From positions 30,940,001 through 31,004,000 of the forward strand of contig NC_087436.1 in NCBI RefSeq assembly GCF_036321535.1: a stretch of 64,000 bases of DNA, in the 5' to 3' direction. The first letter of the stretch is position 1. Every line of letters begins with the position of its first letter. A model generated the notes under the pieces. That model was not told the DNA's origin, ran no database searches, and saw only the letters and a list, made by a program, of their open reading frames with translations. Of the stretch, positions 36,288 through 49,585 are shown in pieces. Source of the DNA: Camelus dromedarius (Eukaryota). A program made the translations under genes and the position numbers.

Positions 36288-37129
36288 CTACAGTAAAAAA
36301 GAAGTTGAGGGGTGTGCAAGGGTGAGAAAGGAGTAAGTGACCAAGTGGGAGAGAGATTCTTTTACTCTGTCCAGAGAAATGCAGTTGAGAAAACCTCAGG
36401 GATGGAGGAGAAAAGGCCATTATTAGATCATCATAGGAGTATCAGTCAGTTCAGAATGTTTCTGCTCTCTAATCAGTTCTTCTGCCCCCATCCTCAAATT
36501 TTGGAAGAGGTCAGAAAATAGCCATGGTGAGACGGGGAAAGGACCAGAGGGACTAAGTGAGGAAGGAGAAGATAAACTAGAACTCACCTTTGAAGGCTTT
36601 ATTTTACATAAAACTGGACACCTTAATTTATAACTCAAAGGAAAAAGAGAACATTTATCACTTCAGAATAATGAGAAAAGTCCCACAGAATCTGCTTGAG
36701 TTATGATCCAGGGGCTGGGGAACAAATAACTTCACACAGTATATTTTAAGGACAATGGGAAATAAAAATAAAATTGCCTTGTAATTGTCCCTTACAAGTG
36801 CAACAGGTTTGATTAAATTGAGAATCCAAGGGCTGAAGCACTTAGTAATAGCAAATGAGTCCAAATAAAAAGAGAATTGGCAGAGACTTACTGAATCAAG
36901 TAACAAAGAACTAAAGAGGATGTTGTGGCTATGATTATTTGAAGTTTTTTCTTCCTATTAACTTGATTTTTTTTTCCTACATAGTTTGTCTTAGAAATAT
37001 TCTGCTAATATCAGCTAGTTATATTTTCTTGCAAATCAGACATTATGTGACAAAATGCTAGCTGGGAACCTGTTTCCTATTACGTGGCAAGGGGAAAAAT
37101 TGTGATACATTACATGTTAATCCCCAGTC

Positions 37130-37335
37130 CCAGAGGCTGATTTATTATGAAACCGACGATGCTGAGCCTTCAGAGCCACTCATTTACATGAGCCCCTTTC
37201 AAGATCTTGGAAGGGTATTTATTTAGCAAGAATGCTTGTAACATTAATAAATGTGGGACAATTTTGTATTCTTTTAGCTAAAAGAACCCCTCCCAAATAT
37301 TTTAAGCTGCAGCTACTAAAAAACTTAAATGCACT
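37130..37335. mobile_element. hAT-like DNA transposon remnant
   Basis: 'cagaggctgatttattatgaaac.gacgatgctgagccttcagagccactcatttacatgagcccct...taagctgcagc...aaaacttaaatgc' resembles decayed hAT-Tip100/Blackjack MITE termini; family uncertain. Confidence 0.4.
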
Positions 37336-38269
37336 TTAGTAAAACATCTAATTAATTTCCTACATGTAAATGAAACAGAAAACTCCTGAAACCCAAGAGG
37401 AAAAATAACCAGATAACTATGCTCCACCCCCCAAATTCTGATTTAATGTTCTAATTCAGACTGGCGTTCCTTGAGATCAAACACTATTTAAGGGTCAGAA
37501 TACAACATAAAATAAGATTCAGCATTGCATTTGCAGGGCCATCAATCACCAAAGACAGTACCCTCCAGTCACTAGCCATCGCTGATCTTGTTTTATCAGA
37601 TTATTTATTCAAGTAAAAAACATTTAATTAAATTCTCACTTGAATAGCTAGAAGTGATAGGAAACAAAGGTGTATCCATCATAAACTAGTGTGTTGAAAT
37701 ACAGTTTGCCTCTTCTTATACTTTAGTTAAATTAGAATTTCTCAAAATGTGATTTGCTTTAAAATAGGATTCCTAGAGAGGTCTCCTATAGTATTAATTT
37801 CTGATGTATCATATAATATATGACCCTCTCCCTCTCTGTCTTTCTGTCTGTTTTTCTTGATGTAAATATAGACACAGATTCTTAATAAAAAGAATGTATT
37901 TTTAATAAAAATGTTTGATCACCTTCCATTAATAATAATTCCTGGTTAATTATATAGCATGTTTACAATTGCTGAATGTCAGTTGTTGCTGTATGCTGTA
38001 TTAAGGAGTTCAAAGAAGATATTTAATCTTCACATTACTCAAGTTGATATTATACTTTCAGAGAGATTTTCCCTGTAGGTGATGAGTGCTATAGTTAAAA
38101 CTTAAATTCTAGAAGTTGATGATATAGTTATATAAACTAAGAGCTGAAAGCACCTCAGCTTGGTGCTTCAACCCATCTTTTTTCTGTAGGTAGTTTCTTT
38201 ACTTTTTTTTCTGTGTTTTGACAGAAATATCTCTCCTTTATAGTGCCCAGTGTAATACATACACTTTCA

Positions 38270-38428
38270 ACACAGTCGTATGCACTCTACATTTTATTTT
38301 CCTATTTATTTCTCTGCTGTTCCTGCTAGACTGTGAAGTCCTCAGAAATGGAGACTATCTCCTGCATATTTGCATCATGAGGAAAAACAAGCTTGGCACA
38401 TGGTAAGCTCTTATCTACTGTATTGTTT
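38270..38428 (+). mobile_element. L2 3' end
   Basis: 'ctagactgtgaagtcctcagaaatggagactatctc...gcttggcacatggtaagctct'. Confidence 0.75.
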
Positions 38429-40239
38429 AAAAGGAGTAAGATGGGAAACAGGATTGATATCTTCAAGTTTGATGCCCATTGGGGGTCATCTGTAAAATAT
38501 ATCTAAACAAGTAGCTAGTGAGGCAGTGGGATGAAAATGACCTTAACTTTATTTTCTTTCACCTGAGAATATCTGAATGGGCAAAACATCATATATTTAT
38601 AGACATCTATTAGTAAATGACACATTTTCAGTGGCAGCACTTTGGTTCAAATTGGTTTCTTTAGATGCAAATTATCAGGGGCTGGCAGTCTCCTCATAGC
38701 TGAATATTAGCCCTTGGTCAGTTTGTTCACTCTCACTCTTAGAATGGGAATACTTTTCAGGTCTGAAAACCCTATTTCCAAAAGCTCAAGTGAATTGGTT
38801 GGGTGGAAAAGATAACCCTGCACCTGCTTAGTTGGTGGTAATGCAGCTATCATTCCTCTCAAAGTGCACAGTATAATGAAAAGCGGCAAATGCAAAGTGA
38901 AATATCCAGCCAAGGCTTCATGAAGCAAAATTCCTACCGTATTAATACGCAAACCCAGTTTTCTGTTGGGTACTTGGCACTGTGAAGAGTGCCTATTCAT
39001 TTCCTGTCGTGGATACATCAAGACAAGAGCTTGTTTGAGTCTTCATCGGGACTAGCAATTACCTGCATCCTTGAAACACGGAAAGAAAGGCATGTGGTGG
39101 GTCAGCAAGGGTGGACAGCTGGTCAATCCTCTGGGCTGGAACTATATAAAAGCTCAGCAGTGCTGTTTAAAAGTGGTGTCATTAAATTGGCATTTAATTG
39201 AACACTATAAACAATGTCACTAGTACAACCATGTTGCTAACGATTAACCCTAAAGTAGTCAGATGCTGTTATCTGTCTTCTGGTGGCTTCTTGAAATGTC
39301 ACTTACTCAAGTCTATCTTGGGGGAGATGAAGCAGCTACCAATGCCACAGAAGGAAAAAAACTACCTGTATAGAATCACAACCTTACCTCTTACTTATCT
39401 CACTTACAAGAGCATCAGTATAAGACCTTTCTATGAGTTGGAGTGTAACAGAGCCTACTTAGTTTTATTTTTAAAAATCTTGTTAAATCGGTGTTTAAAA
39501 TAAAAGTACAATTCAGACATTTGAGCTTTTGCAGTCTTTTCCTTTGAATTCACTTATCTTTGGTAAAAACTCATGGACGCTCTGGGAGAGTTGTTAAATT
39601 TTAAGGTATCTGAAATGGCAGCTACACATGCTAAGATCTCTGCCTGCAGTCCTTACTGCCTAATCACCAGTCACACACAACCTTTCCTGTAACTGCCAAT
39701 CCTGAGATTACATGTCCTTCCCCGAATATATATGTATTTGCATAAAATCTTTTGCTTTATATCTGTTTGTATTTATGTTACATAAGAGGATTTATATGTG
39801 GAAATTTTTGATGGCCCAGATTTTGACCAAAACGCAGAGCAGTATTTAGAGAAAAAGTTTCAGTACATATGGATGTGTCTATGTCAGCAGGAAGAAGCAA
39901 GATGAGTCAGAAGGTGAACCCCAAGGATAAGGGGAGCTAAAAGCAAGAGAAGGATGGCTTAAAGACAGGCTAAACATCTCTGGAGAGCTGGTTCAGGAAG
40001 ATTTCTGAGTGAGCAAGAAACACACTGTAGACATTTAAGATAGACAAAATGTCCCTGAAGAGCTGGATCAGGAAAATTTCTGATTGAGGGAGACACAGTA
40101 ATCAGCTTAATATATCAGACACTCTCTGGGTTATTTCAGGATAAACCCAGGCTTTATGTCTAGAAAACCATCAAAATTGATGATGTGTGTCCTCTTTATC
40201 CAAGAGAACTGAGAAAAATGACTATGGAGTAATGTCAAA

Positions 40240-40880
40240 TCACTTTCAATTTACCAAATCCACATGATCACCTACTCTGTGCCAGGCATTGGGCTCAACA
40301 CCAGAGATATAACCATGAACAAGATGTGGACACTGACTTTAAGGAGTTTATCCTCTGTTGAAAGAGGCAGGGGATTTCACAACCTTCTGAACATTTTAAA
40401 TAAGAAAGAAATAAGTACAGAGTACCTGGAAGCACAAAGGAGGAATACCTACATTAGTCGAAAGGGAACAAGTCTTACAGAAAGAGACAGCCAAACCGAA
40501 CTTGGAGGAGGAATCGGGAATTGGCCAGGTGGCAGGAAAACAGGCTAGAGATGAGGAGCAGAAGAGTTTTCTAATCAAAATCCTAGAAACAAGGGCACTT
40601 GTGCTGAGATAGAATATTAGAGACATAAAAAAGTTCCTGATTTTTTCACTAAGCAAAATTGTGAAGCATGAAAAGACGTTAAACAGAGATACTGCATTTC
40701 TGCTTTAGAAAGATGGCATTAAATGCAGGGGGGAAAAAGATAAGAAAGGCAGATAAGAAAAGTAAGGAGACCAGTTAGGAAGCTATTGCAGCATTCCAGA
40801 CAAGGGATGGTGGTCACCTGAGCAAAGAGGGTAAAAACGAGGGTGGGGAGAAACAGCAGGATTTGAGATATATTTATCTC
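40240..40880 (-). mobile_element. L2 fragment
   Basis: 'cacctactctgtgccaggcattgggct...accagagata..ccatgaacaaga' and 'ttagaaagat...ggagaccagttaggaagctattgcagcattccagacaagggatggtggt...ggatttgagatatattt'. Confidence 0.8.
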
Positions 40881-41729
40881 AAATAGGGGTAGGAAACTGA
40901 AGGTCTTTTTGGTATCAAAACATGAATCTGTGGATGATAAAACAACTGAACTGACCCTCAGAACATCCTGAACTTTGTAATTATGTTGTAGCTTGTGCCC
41001 AGTGAATCTTCATGGTATATTCAGGGAGTTTTTAAGGTATATAAAGATAGTTAAGGAGAATGTTGTTGGAGTAATGTAAGTGTGGAGGAAAAACTAGCCT
41101 TTAAGGACAGAAAAAGTTGGAAAAATAAACTTTCATAAGATCAAGTTTTCAGCAGTCAATCTCAAGAAAGTTTATAGAACTTATTCTTGCCCCACCTTTT
41201 CCAAAATGATTTTGGTCACATTCATGGACAACCCTCTGAGATCATTAACTCACCAACAAACTATAATCATGTGCATTGTCTGTTGATTAGCAGTATTGTG
41301 TTTCTCATTTCCAAAATTTGCTTCTATGTTAGATTTAGTGAGTTCCTAGTATTTCAGGTAAGCCCTCTCTACATCCAGAAATTGTTCTAAAATTGATGAT
41401 GTCTTAGAATTGAATAAATGCAGTAAGTCAATTAAGTAAACACTCATAGGAATTTTGGTTTCAGCTAGCTGAGGATCTCAATTTCTATTAATCCCTTTGT
41501 GGCTTAAGACAAAGTTGTATCAGGCAACCAAAAATCTATGCCTGGTCTCTAGAGTCCTCTCTTTGGAGCTGAGCTACAGCAATCATTGAAAGAAAAAAAA
41601 AATCTAAGGATACACACATTCCTTCTATTTATTCCATGGCAATCTAACTCATGCTTGTCCTACCCTACTAAGTCAAAATTCTGGTCACAGAACTTTGTAA
41701 CTGCATTGCCCAGAGAGGGAAAATATTTT

Positions 41730-41960
41730 GGTAATGAAACTTATGGACTTTGGAGTCAGAATATATAGATCTAAATTCTTGTTCTATCATATTAGCTGTA
41801 TGATCTTAAGAAAGTGCCTGAATTCCCTGTGTCTCAGTTACCATGTGTGTAAAACAAGGATAAAAACAGAATCCACTATAGAGTTGATATGAGGGTTCAG
41901 TTAATACATACATATATACAAATATTTACAACAATGCCTGGCACATATGTATTTTTATTG
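41730..41960 (+). mobile_element. MIR SINE
   Basis: 'ggactttggagtcaga...tagctgtatgatcttaagaaagt...ctgtgtctcagttaccatgtgtgtaaaa...acaatgcctggcacat'. Confidence 0.8.
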
Positions 41961-43232
41961 TTAATATTACATTGACTCTGTATTTAGTTTTCTACTGAAG
42001 TTATTGTGTGTGTATTCTATAGGAAGGAATAAAACAATTTTTCCCCAAAATTCTTTTGAATTTTTCACTCACTGTAACATAATGTTTTCACTAATAATAT
42101 TCACTTATTGGAGCTCTAAAATTTGAAAATATACATCTTTATAAACAACTGAACTTTTATGAAAAATTATTTTTTAATATTTTGATTAGATTTAAGCAAT
42201 GATCTGGGAAAAGAGAAAATTTCCAAAGACTCCAATAATGAGAGAACAGAGGTTATTCAGTGACAGTCCATAAAACGGTAGTTTCTAACTACTGATTCCT
42301 GAAAAGGAGTATTTGCTAAATCCAGAGATGGCATCCAAGCAGAAGCCTCAGCAGCAACAACAAAACTTAAAAGTTAAGCCTGTGCTTGGAAGAAAAGAAT
42401 CATTTATGAGTTATAAACTCAGGTTTAATTGCCTGTTTACATAAGTAATAGCAGACTGGAAACAAAACAGAACTGTATTACCACACCACAAAAATCCAAC
42501 CCACCTGCTTCAGTTGGCTTCATCCTTTGTTCTGCACATGATTTGGTACTGGGTTATAATGAGCACTTAAAGATTATTTAGAAAATATTAAATAATGATA
42601 AATTTTAAGTGTTTTACATTACTGTAAGAAACAATGACTAAATTCATTTTTATGACCATAAATTTCAAGACTTAATACAGTAGTGTGTTCCTTTAAAAAA
42701 ATACATCTTGTTAAAAAAAAAAAGTATCCTTTTCAGTGCAGTACCGAGCACATAAAAATGCCTTCTTATTTAAGGATAGTTAATACTGCTTTTAATTTCA
42801 TCTCTGTCCTTTTCTTTTATCATTCATAGAAAGTCCTGACAGAGTTTTCCCTGGTAATAGCTGACTGTTCTTTTTGATATAATCACTCCTTTCTCCTATG
42901 GACAGGCCAATATCTTCCGTGATTAGCAAGGGACAGCCCTGTCCATCTCGATTAGTCATGGATACTTAGTTCACCACATGCATCACCACTAATTGCAGCA
43001 AAAGCACTCATCTGGTCTCCCTTCCTTTTTATGTCTTCTTCTCTCCCCAAACAAAGCAGGCAAGTAAGTCTATCTCTATGAGGTGTACTGGGATTGGTAA
43101 CATTTGCTACACTTCCTTGTTACTGTTATTTGAAAAAATGAATATTACTTTGAATTATCTTAGGTCCTTTTCATGAAAGTCAGATCTCATAAATTTAGCG
43201 GTTCATGCAGTCCCTAGACTTAAACTGCAAGT

Positions 43233-43264
43233 GTTTGTTTGTTTGTTTGTTTGTTTGTTTGTTT
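43233..43264. repeat. (GTTT)n microsatellite
   Basis: About 8 GTTT units. Confidence 0.95.
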
Positions 43265-45554
43265 TAAGATATTGGCTACAGCAATAATGATTTAAGGAAT
43301 ACCATGTCATGAGTGGGGATACATGTTTGAATAAATGTTTCAGAATTTTTTCTTTGAATTTGTGTTTAAAGCCTCATTTGCCAATTCCACATTTACAATA
43401 AAACTAGGAACTAGAGAGCAAATTAAAATTATTGAATCTATTTAACAGTACTAACACATGATATTATATCAAATAATTATGAGAATACTACCCCAAAAAG
43501 CTGGACTAAGTGTTCATTCAGGCTCTTTTACTTCATTTCTTCACAAATGTTATTCTTTATAGCATATTAATGATGATTCTTAAACTTAAAATCTTAATTC
43601 AGGAATTAATATAGTTGTATAGAATATATATGATGTTCTTTGAAGAATTGCTCAGTCAATATTATCAATATTAGTCTCTCAATTTCTAATTCTACTTTCT
43701 ATCATTTGAACAAATATAATAGAAAGAGGATAATGACTCTAGCACATCAATTAAATGTTGGAAGTTCAATACAGAATACTTGATTACTACATCTGAATAA
43801 AAGAAAATAACAAAAAGATAAGATTAGGACTGTGACCTTCAGAAAGGTCAACTTCAGGATGTGAATAATAAGATAATTAGCACAGGTAAATGCAGAACAG
43901 CAAGTTAATGGCAATATAAGAAATGAAAGCATTTTAATATCTAAAATTCAGCCAAAAATAACGAAAGGTGCCCTTTGGAAATCACTGACAATGGATGAAT
44001 GAAGAGGCCAGGGCTGGAGGTCAGGGTCAGGGTAGCTGGGAAGAACACAGCATCAAGCACAGGAAACCAGTGCTTACTCTCCAGGTGCTTTACCTGTACA
44101 GCCTTATTCTATTCTTAAAGCCACACAGTAATTTAACTATTGTTAGTCTATAAGCCTCAGCATAATTGAATAGCTCACCTGTGGTCACAACGAGGTGGTA
44201 GTCCAACAGGTAACAGGTTCACTTCTTCGCAAGTCCAAAATCCATGTTGTTTTCCCTCTACTAGGGTACCTCCCAGCCAGCTTGGATACAACCTTGGTCA
44301 AGGAAAAAACAGACAAAGTCTAGTAAAAAATAAAGTCAAAATCAGAGCTGAAGCTGTGGAAATTGATTTTAAAAATTAAAAGCAAATAATGGAAAAGAAG
44401 AGTAAAGGAAAACACAAGATTTGGGACTTTTTTTAGAACTCTTAAGTTTACATACCTTTACCATATAAGGTAATAAGGAAAAAAAAAATCCCTTCTCAGA
44501 TGTCCTGTTTTAAAAAGTTGCAAGGATAATAACCAAAAAGTGTGTTTGAAAACTTAAAACAACTGTTAATAGTTAACGAAAAGAGCAATTCAGTCCTCTG
44601 TGGAAAAACAGAGTTAAATTTAAACACATGTAACTGTGATATAAATAAAACCTAGAAACATAAACAAACTTTTTCAATATTCTGTATTGAAAATATCTGG
44701 TGGAAAATTCAATAAATGAATACATACAAATGTTGTGTTGCCAGAGTAACAGTCACCATCTTGTTTGTACTCCTTGTCTTCAGCTACATGAAAACTCTAT
44801 GGCTTCCTTTTTCTGTCAAAGGGGAAGAAGAATAACTTTATAATTAAACCCTAGTTCCAATGACTAAAATCAAATCATTACCTTTTGCATTTTTAAATCA
44901 TAGAACAAATGGTAGCTTGAAAGAAAATCAACTACAACATTATACTTTAAAGGGTAAGTCTAAAAATAGGTATACAACCAACAACCACATAAATAACTTC
45001 CTACAAGGTCAAGGATCTATTATCTCCAGCAAGAGATTAATTATATTTAGCCAGACTATAATACAGAACTATACTATGTAAAAGAACGCTTTATAAAATA
45101 AGGAACAAGGGACATGGGAGACCTTATTAGCATAAGATGTAAGTGCCTTGGGATGACAAGAATAGAGAGTAGAGGGGGAAATGGCAACATCCACTGAAAT
45201 TAGTTTATTTCCTTTCACACTTCATCACGGCATCTTGAATCGCTTATGGCTAGGTATGATGAAAACAAAAACAGATTACGCAGCCTGGTTTAATGCCAAT
45301 CTCGCATATTCTCATAAAGTAACATTTCTAGCATTTCACGACACACTGATGACTAGGTGCAGGCTGCAGAGGTAGCTCTTTCATGGAAATGGTGGGAAAA
45401 AGTGCATCCAGTGTGATTTTGCTCCATCAGCAACAGTCTGAGCTTGAATCATGAGGTTGCATAAACATGCTAAAGGAAAAAATTAAATACTGGTTAAAAG
45501 GTTGCTTTGGATCTAGAAAATTATAACTTTCAGTCACAACATGGCTATCTCTAA

Positions 45555-45885
45555 ATCAACTTTATTGAGGCATAACTTAGGTACAATGATCTGCACCTAT
45601 TTAAAGTATACAATTGGACGGATTTTGTCAGGTGCACCTCCAATCAAGATACAGAACATTCTCAAAATTTCCAAAAATAGATTATGTCTTTTGCAATCCA
45701 TCCTTCCTTCTCCTCTTTCATGTCCAAAGACAACAACCGATCAGCTTTTAGTCATCTGAAATGCACTTGCATTTTCTAGAATTGCGTATGTATGGAATCA
45801 TATAGTATGTGCTCTTTTGTGTCTGGCTTCTGTTACTCAGCACAGTGGATTTAGATCTATCACTTTTGTGGCAATTATCAGTATT
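45555..45885 (-). mobile_element. Old L1 (L1MD/ME-like) 3' end
   Basis: 'aactttattgaggcataactta..tacaat...tttaaagtatacaatt...caatcaagatacagaacatt...atggaatcatatagtatgtgctcttttgtgtctggcttct.ttactcagca'. Confidence 0.8.
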
Positions 45886-46084
45886 TTGACCCTTTTGACT
45901 AATATTAATACACAGAGTAATTTCCAGCTCTTAAATAAAACTCAACTTTTTGCAATTTTCTTTCCTCTTATCCTCCCACAAAATTTACTTCCTCTTCTTA
46001 CGTTTGAAAATTGAATACAGAAAGAAAAAAAAATTCAACATCAAACTTGAAGCCTCAAACTTATTCTTAAATAATTATTTATCC

Positions 46085-46430
46085 TAAATGTCAACAAACT
46101 TTCTGTGTGGGGCCAGGTAGTAAACGTTTTAGTCCTTGCATGCTATATGCTACCTGTGGCAACCACTCAACTCTGCCATTGTATTTACATGGCAAAAGCA
46201 GCCACGGGTAAAACAGAAACAGAAACAAATAGGTGTGGCTGTATTCTGAGAAAACTTTTTTTGTAGACACTGAAATTTGAGTTTCATGTAATTTTCACAC
46301 ATCACAGAATATTATTCTACTTTTGATTTTTTCAGCCATAAACATGTTTTTAAAAATATTCTTAGCCCTAGGGCCTTACAAAAAGGTGGCAGGCCGGTTT
46401 GGTGCCCTGGCTAGATGGCTGGTTGCTCTG
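46085..46430. mobile_element. MER58B (hAT-Charlie)
   Basis: 'caacaaactttctgt.tggggccaggtagtaaacgttttag...caaccactcaactctgccattgta...aaagcagcca...gtgtggctgtattc...gacactgaaatttgagtttcatgtaattttcac'. Confidence 0.85.
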
Positions 46431-47805
46431 ATCTAGCCAGTCACCTCGGTTTCCAACTAAGAAGAATATTTCTGTTATATGTGATGTTTGGCTGCAGAGT
46501 TTGAGATTTCTTATGGAAACTAGATTTTAGAAACTGAACAATACAGTCCATATGCCTGGAGGACCACGGGACTTTTCAAGAATGCTGCTAATTAATGACA
46601 TTTGGAGCCATACAGAAGAGAAAAGGTCACTATTTCATTTTTAACACATTCTTGAGAGCCTTGCCAATAGCGCCACTTATGTCACAGACTGGTACCCACC
46701 AGCTATGACCTTCCATCACTTCCTTTTGGTTTGCTTTGTTTTCTGCATGTATATTCAGTGGATTATCTGGGAACACGAACTACTAAAATCAATTTAGTGA
46801 TCAACCATTATTATCCCCTTCTTTACTCTCCCTGCCATCTCGCAGCTCTCTGCTTTCTTGCAAGGAAGATGTCAGGCCATTTTTATTGTATTGCTATTTA
46901 CTCTTCAGCTCAATAGTTTTTTCAAAGCAGACACATCATTGACATTTAGCAGTATTAATCTCTGCCAGTGCAATATGCCTAATTGGTTTTAACGAAATAA
47001 AGAAGGAGAACTTTGTGAGAAAATTGGAAAAAAGCTGCAATGAACTGAGATCTCTGTTTTCAGATATTTTCTAAAGTCAATGGCATTGACCAGCAGAAAA
47101 CAGAGTGTCTCTAAGCAGCATTTAGTCCTCTAAAATTGTCAAGGTTGAATGTTACTGAAAACAGGGGTAACAGTCATTTCCATTTTGAAATATTTTTATT
47201 TGGGAAGGATTTTGAATAACAAGCCAAGACTTAGGGTAAGCATTCTATTAATAATTTCTCTAATAAAAGCCTCTAACATCAACAGAAAGATAAGCACTGA
47301 CTCTCAATACAGTCACACAAAATCTCTGCATTGGCCAAAGGAAATCTGACAATGGTCTCAATGAAAATCAGACTATAAACCTTCAAGTCATGTACTTCCA
47401 TTTTCTTTCTTTGTCATGAGATTTGTTTTTATGGGAGATTGTTAAGTTTATATTTAGCAGATGTTTATTACATTGTTAAAGAATCATCTAGTTTTTAAAA
47501 AGTGAAAGTTCAGAGCAGTGTAAGCTCACATCCACATAAACTACTTTCATAGGCTTGGTTGGCAGTTGTCTGAAATACCTGTAAGACTTGAGGACAGATT
47601 CAGAACCACCTCAGAAGCAACATAGCTCAGTGAGCCAAGCAATTGAGTGTGACTCTGGGGAATCTATTTTCTAGTGCTGATTTTTCTTACTGCCAGAATG
47701 AATCTAATTCCTCCGTCTGTGCATAGAAAACAGGCTGACCCAGAGCACATAACTACACTGCCAGAATTGCAAGAAAAATAATGCAATTTACCAAGTACAC
47801 CTTAC

Positions 47806-47895
47806 CTTTCGCCACCTCCTAGATCCTAACGCATCAGCCATGTAGGCAGTATAAAGGCTGCTGTCTCTCACATCTCCAAAAAGCTTCAACCAAGC
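47806..47895 (-). other. Candidate 90-nt internal exon
   Basis: Acceptor 'cttgttctcactctttctggcccag|G', donor 'AAG|gtaagg'; frame 0 is open (AWLKLFGDVRDSSLYTAYMADALGSRRWRK). Confidence 0.4.
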
Positions 47896-49429
47896 CTGGG
47901 CCAGAAAGAGTGAGAACAAGTAGTTTGACTCTTTGAAAAATGAAGTAAAATATTTTTCTATACAAGTAACTAGAAGAGGAATCCAAAATAACAACTTTTG
48001 GAATCAAATAGCTCATCTAGAAAACATCCTTCTAATTTCACTTTATACTTTACTTGTTTTATTTTTCCTCTATAATTTATGCATTTTTTAAGCACCCAAC
48101 ATTTATTAGACTGGTAGAGTCACTGATTCACTGAGCACTGAACTTAATTTACATACTTATCATGAGGAAGAATTAGCTACACTCTTGTTACGCTTTTCCT
48201 CATCCCAAACAAAGGATCTAAAACCTACTCAACACCAGGATGTTGACTTTTCTTTGTGGCATTCTCAAGACTGGGTCTCCACAAAAGAGGTACCTGGTGG
48301 GGACTGAGAACTTATGAGCTCCTTTACACATTAGCCTAGAGAGAACAGGATGTTGCTAGGGGCAATCTACAGCCTGGTGGGCAAGCTGATAAATCTATGG
48401 ATTGCAGGTTCCCCCTTGACTAACCCCCACCCTCCATCCTGATGTTGCTGAGAGAGCCTTTTCTTCAGAAGCCTCAGTCTCTGCCATTGGTAAGTGTGAT
48501 CCAACTAAATGACTACAACGCGACAGTGCTAGATCCCCTTTGTTCCCTAGTGTAATTCTCCAAATTCCCATTTCATTATTACTAGAGTGCAAGTTCAATT
48601 TCCACTTCTATCCATTATACTTTTGCTAGCCCAGAGATTTCATTATCCTGCATAGAGGGTTAACACTTCACCAAGAAGTAGCCTAGAAAACCCACAAACT
48701 CTTACACCACAAAAACTGATCAGTTTTGGTATTCCTTAGCCCAGATCAACATGTGAGTACAATCAGCAGCTGTGAGCATGGAATTCTACTTGAGATTCCC
48801 AAAATATATAACAAAAATAAAAATAAGAGTATGACATCTAATGTGTCATTTTGACTTTTAAAAATTATCTATAAATAATTTATACAACTTCAGTAACTAT
48901 ATTACACCTAATTATAATACTCCTTTACATGTTTATAACACTTTATAATTAAAAATTTTTTTCACATGTATTATCTTATTTGAGTTCATCTGTTTCTATT
49001 GCATTTGTTCTTTTAGGAGAGATGTCTTCAAACATTATAAAGGTTTTAATCATGTAGTAAAAATATGCTAAGAATCTCTAATGAAACCTATTGTGAACGT
49101 GAATATAAATGCATTTGACAATTGCAAAATCAGTTGGTTCACTAAAATATAGTTTACGTTTCCTAGGCTTTTTTGCATTTTAGAATTTTTAATCTCCCAA
49201 GTGTATCATTCTTTTATAAAAATGGCCAGAGCGTTCATGCCAACAAAACTTAAATCTACACCTCAATGCCTAAACCAAAAATAAATATGCATTTTGAGAG
49301 GAATAAAATGATCGTTAAATGTTTAATATAAATATCCAAAAATGACTCATTTTGTTCACTTGAGAATCTCATGTACTGTCAATTCCAGAATATTTTATGA
49401 ACATTTGGGCTGCCTGTGAACTAGAATAA

Positions 49430-49585
49430 AATTGCTGGAGTTTGAAGGGGCCTTGGATATTGGTTATCTATTTCAAGATAACCACTCATTTAGCAGAAAG
49501 GGAAACACTGAAATGAGGTGACTTGTCCAAAGTTATATGGTCACCATGTGATAAAGCTGAGATTTGAACACAGATCTTATGACTT
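49430..49585 (-). mobile_element. MIR/MIR3 fragment
   Basis: 'gaaggggccttggatatt...cactcatttagcagaaagggaaac...gtgacttgtccaaagttata...agctgagatttgaacacagatctt'. Confidence 0.65.
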
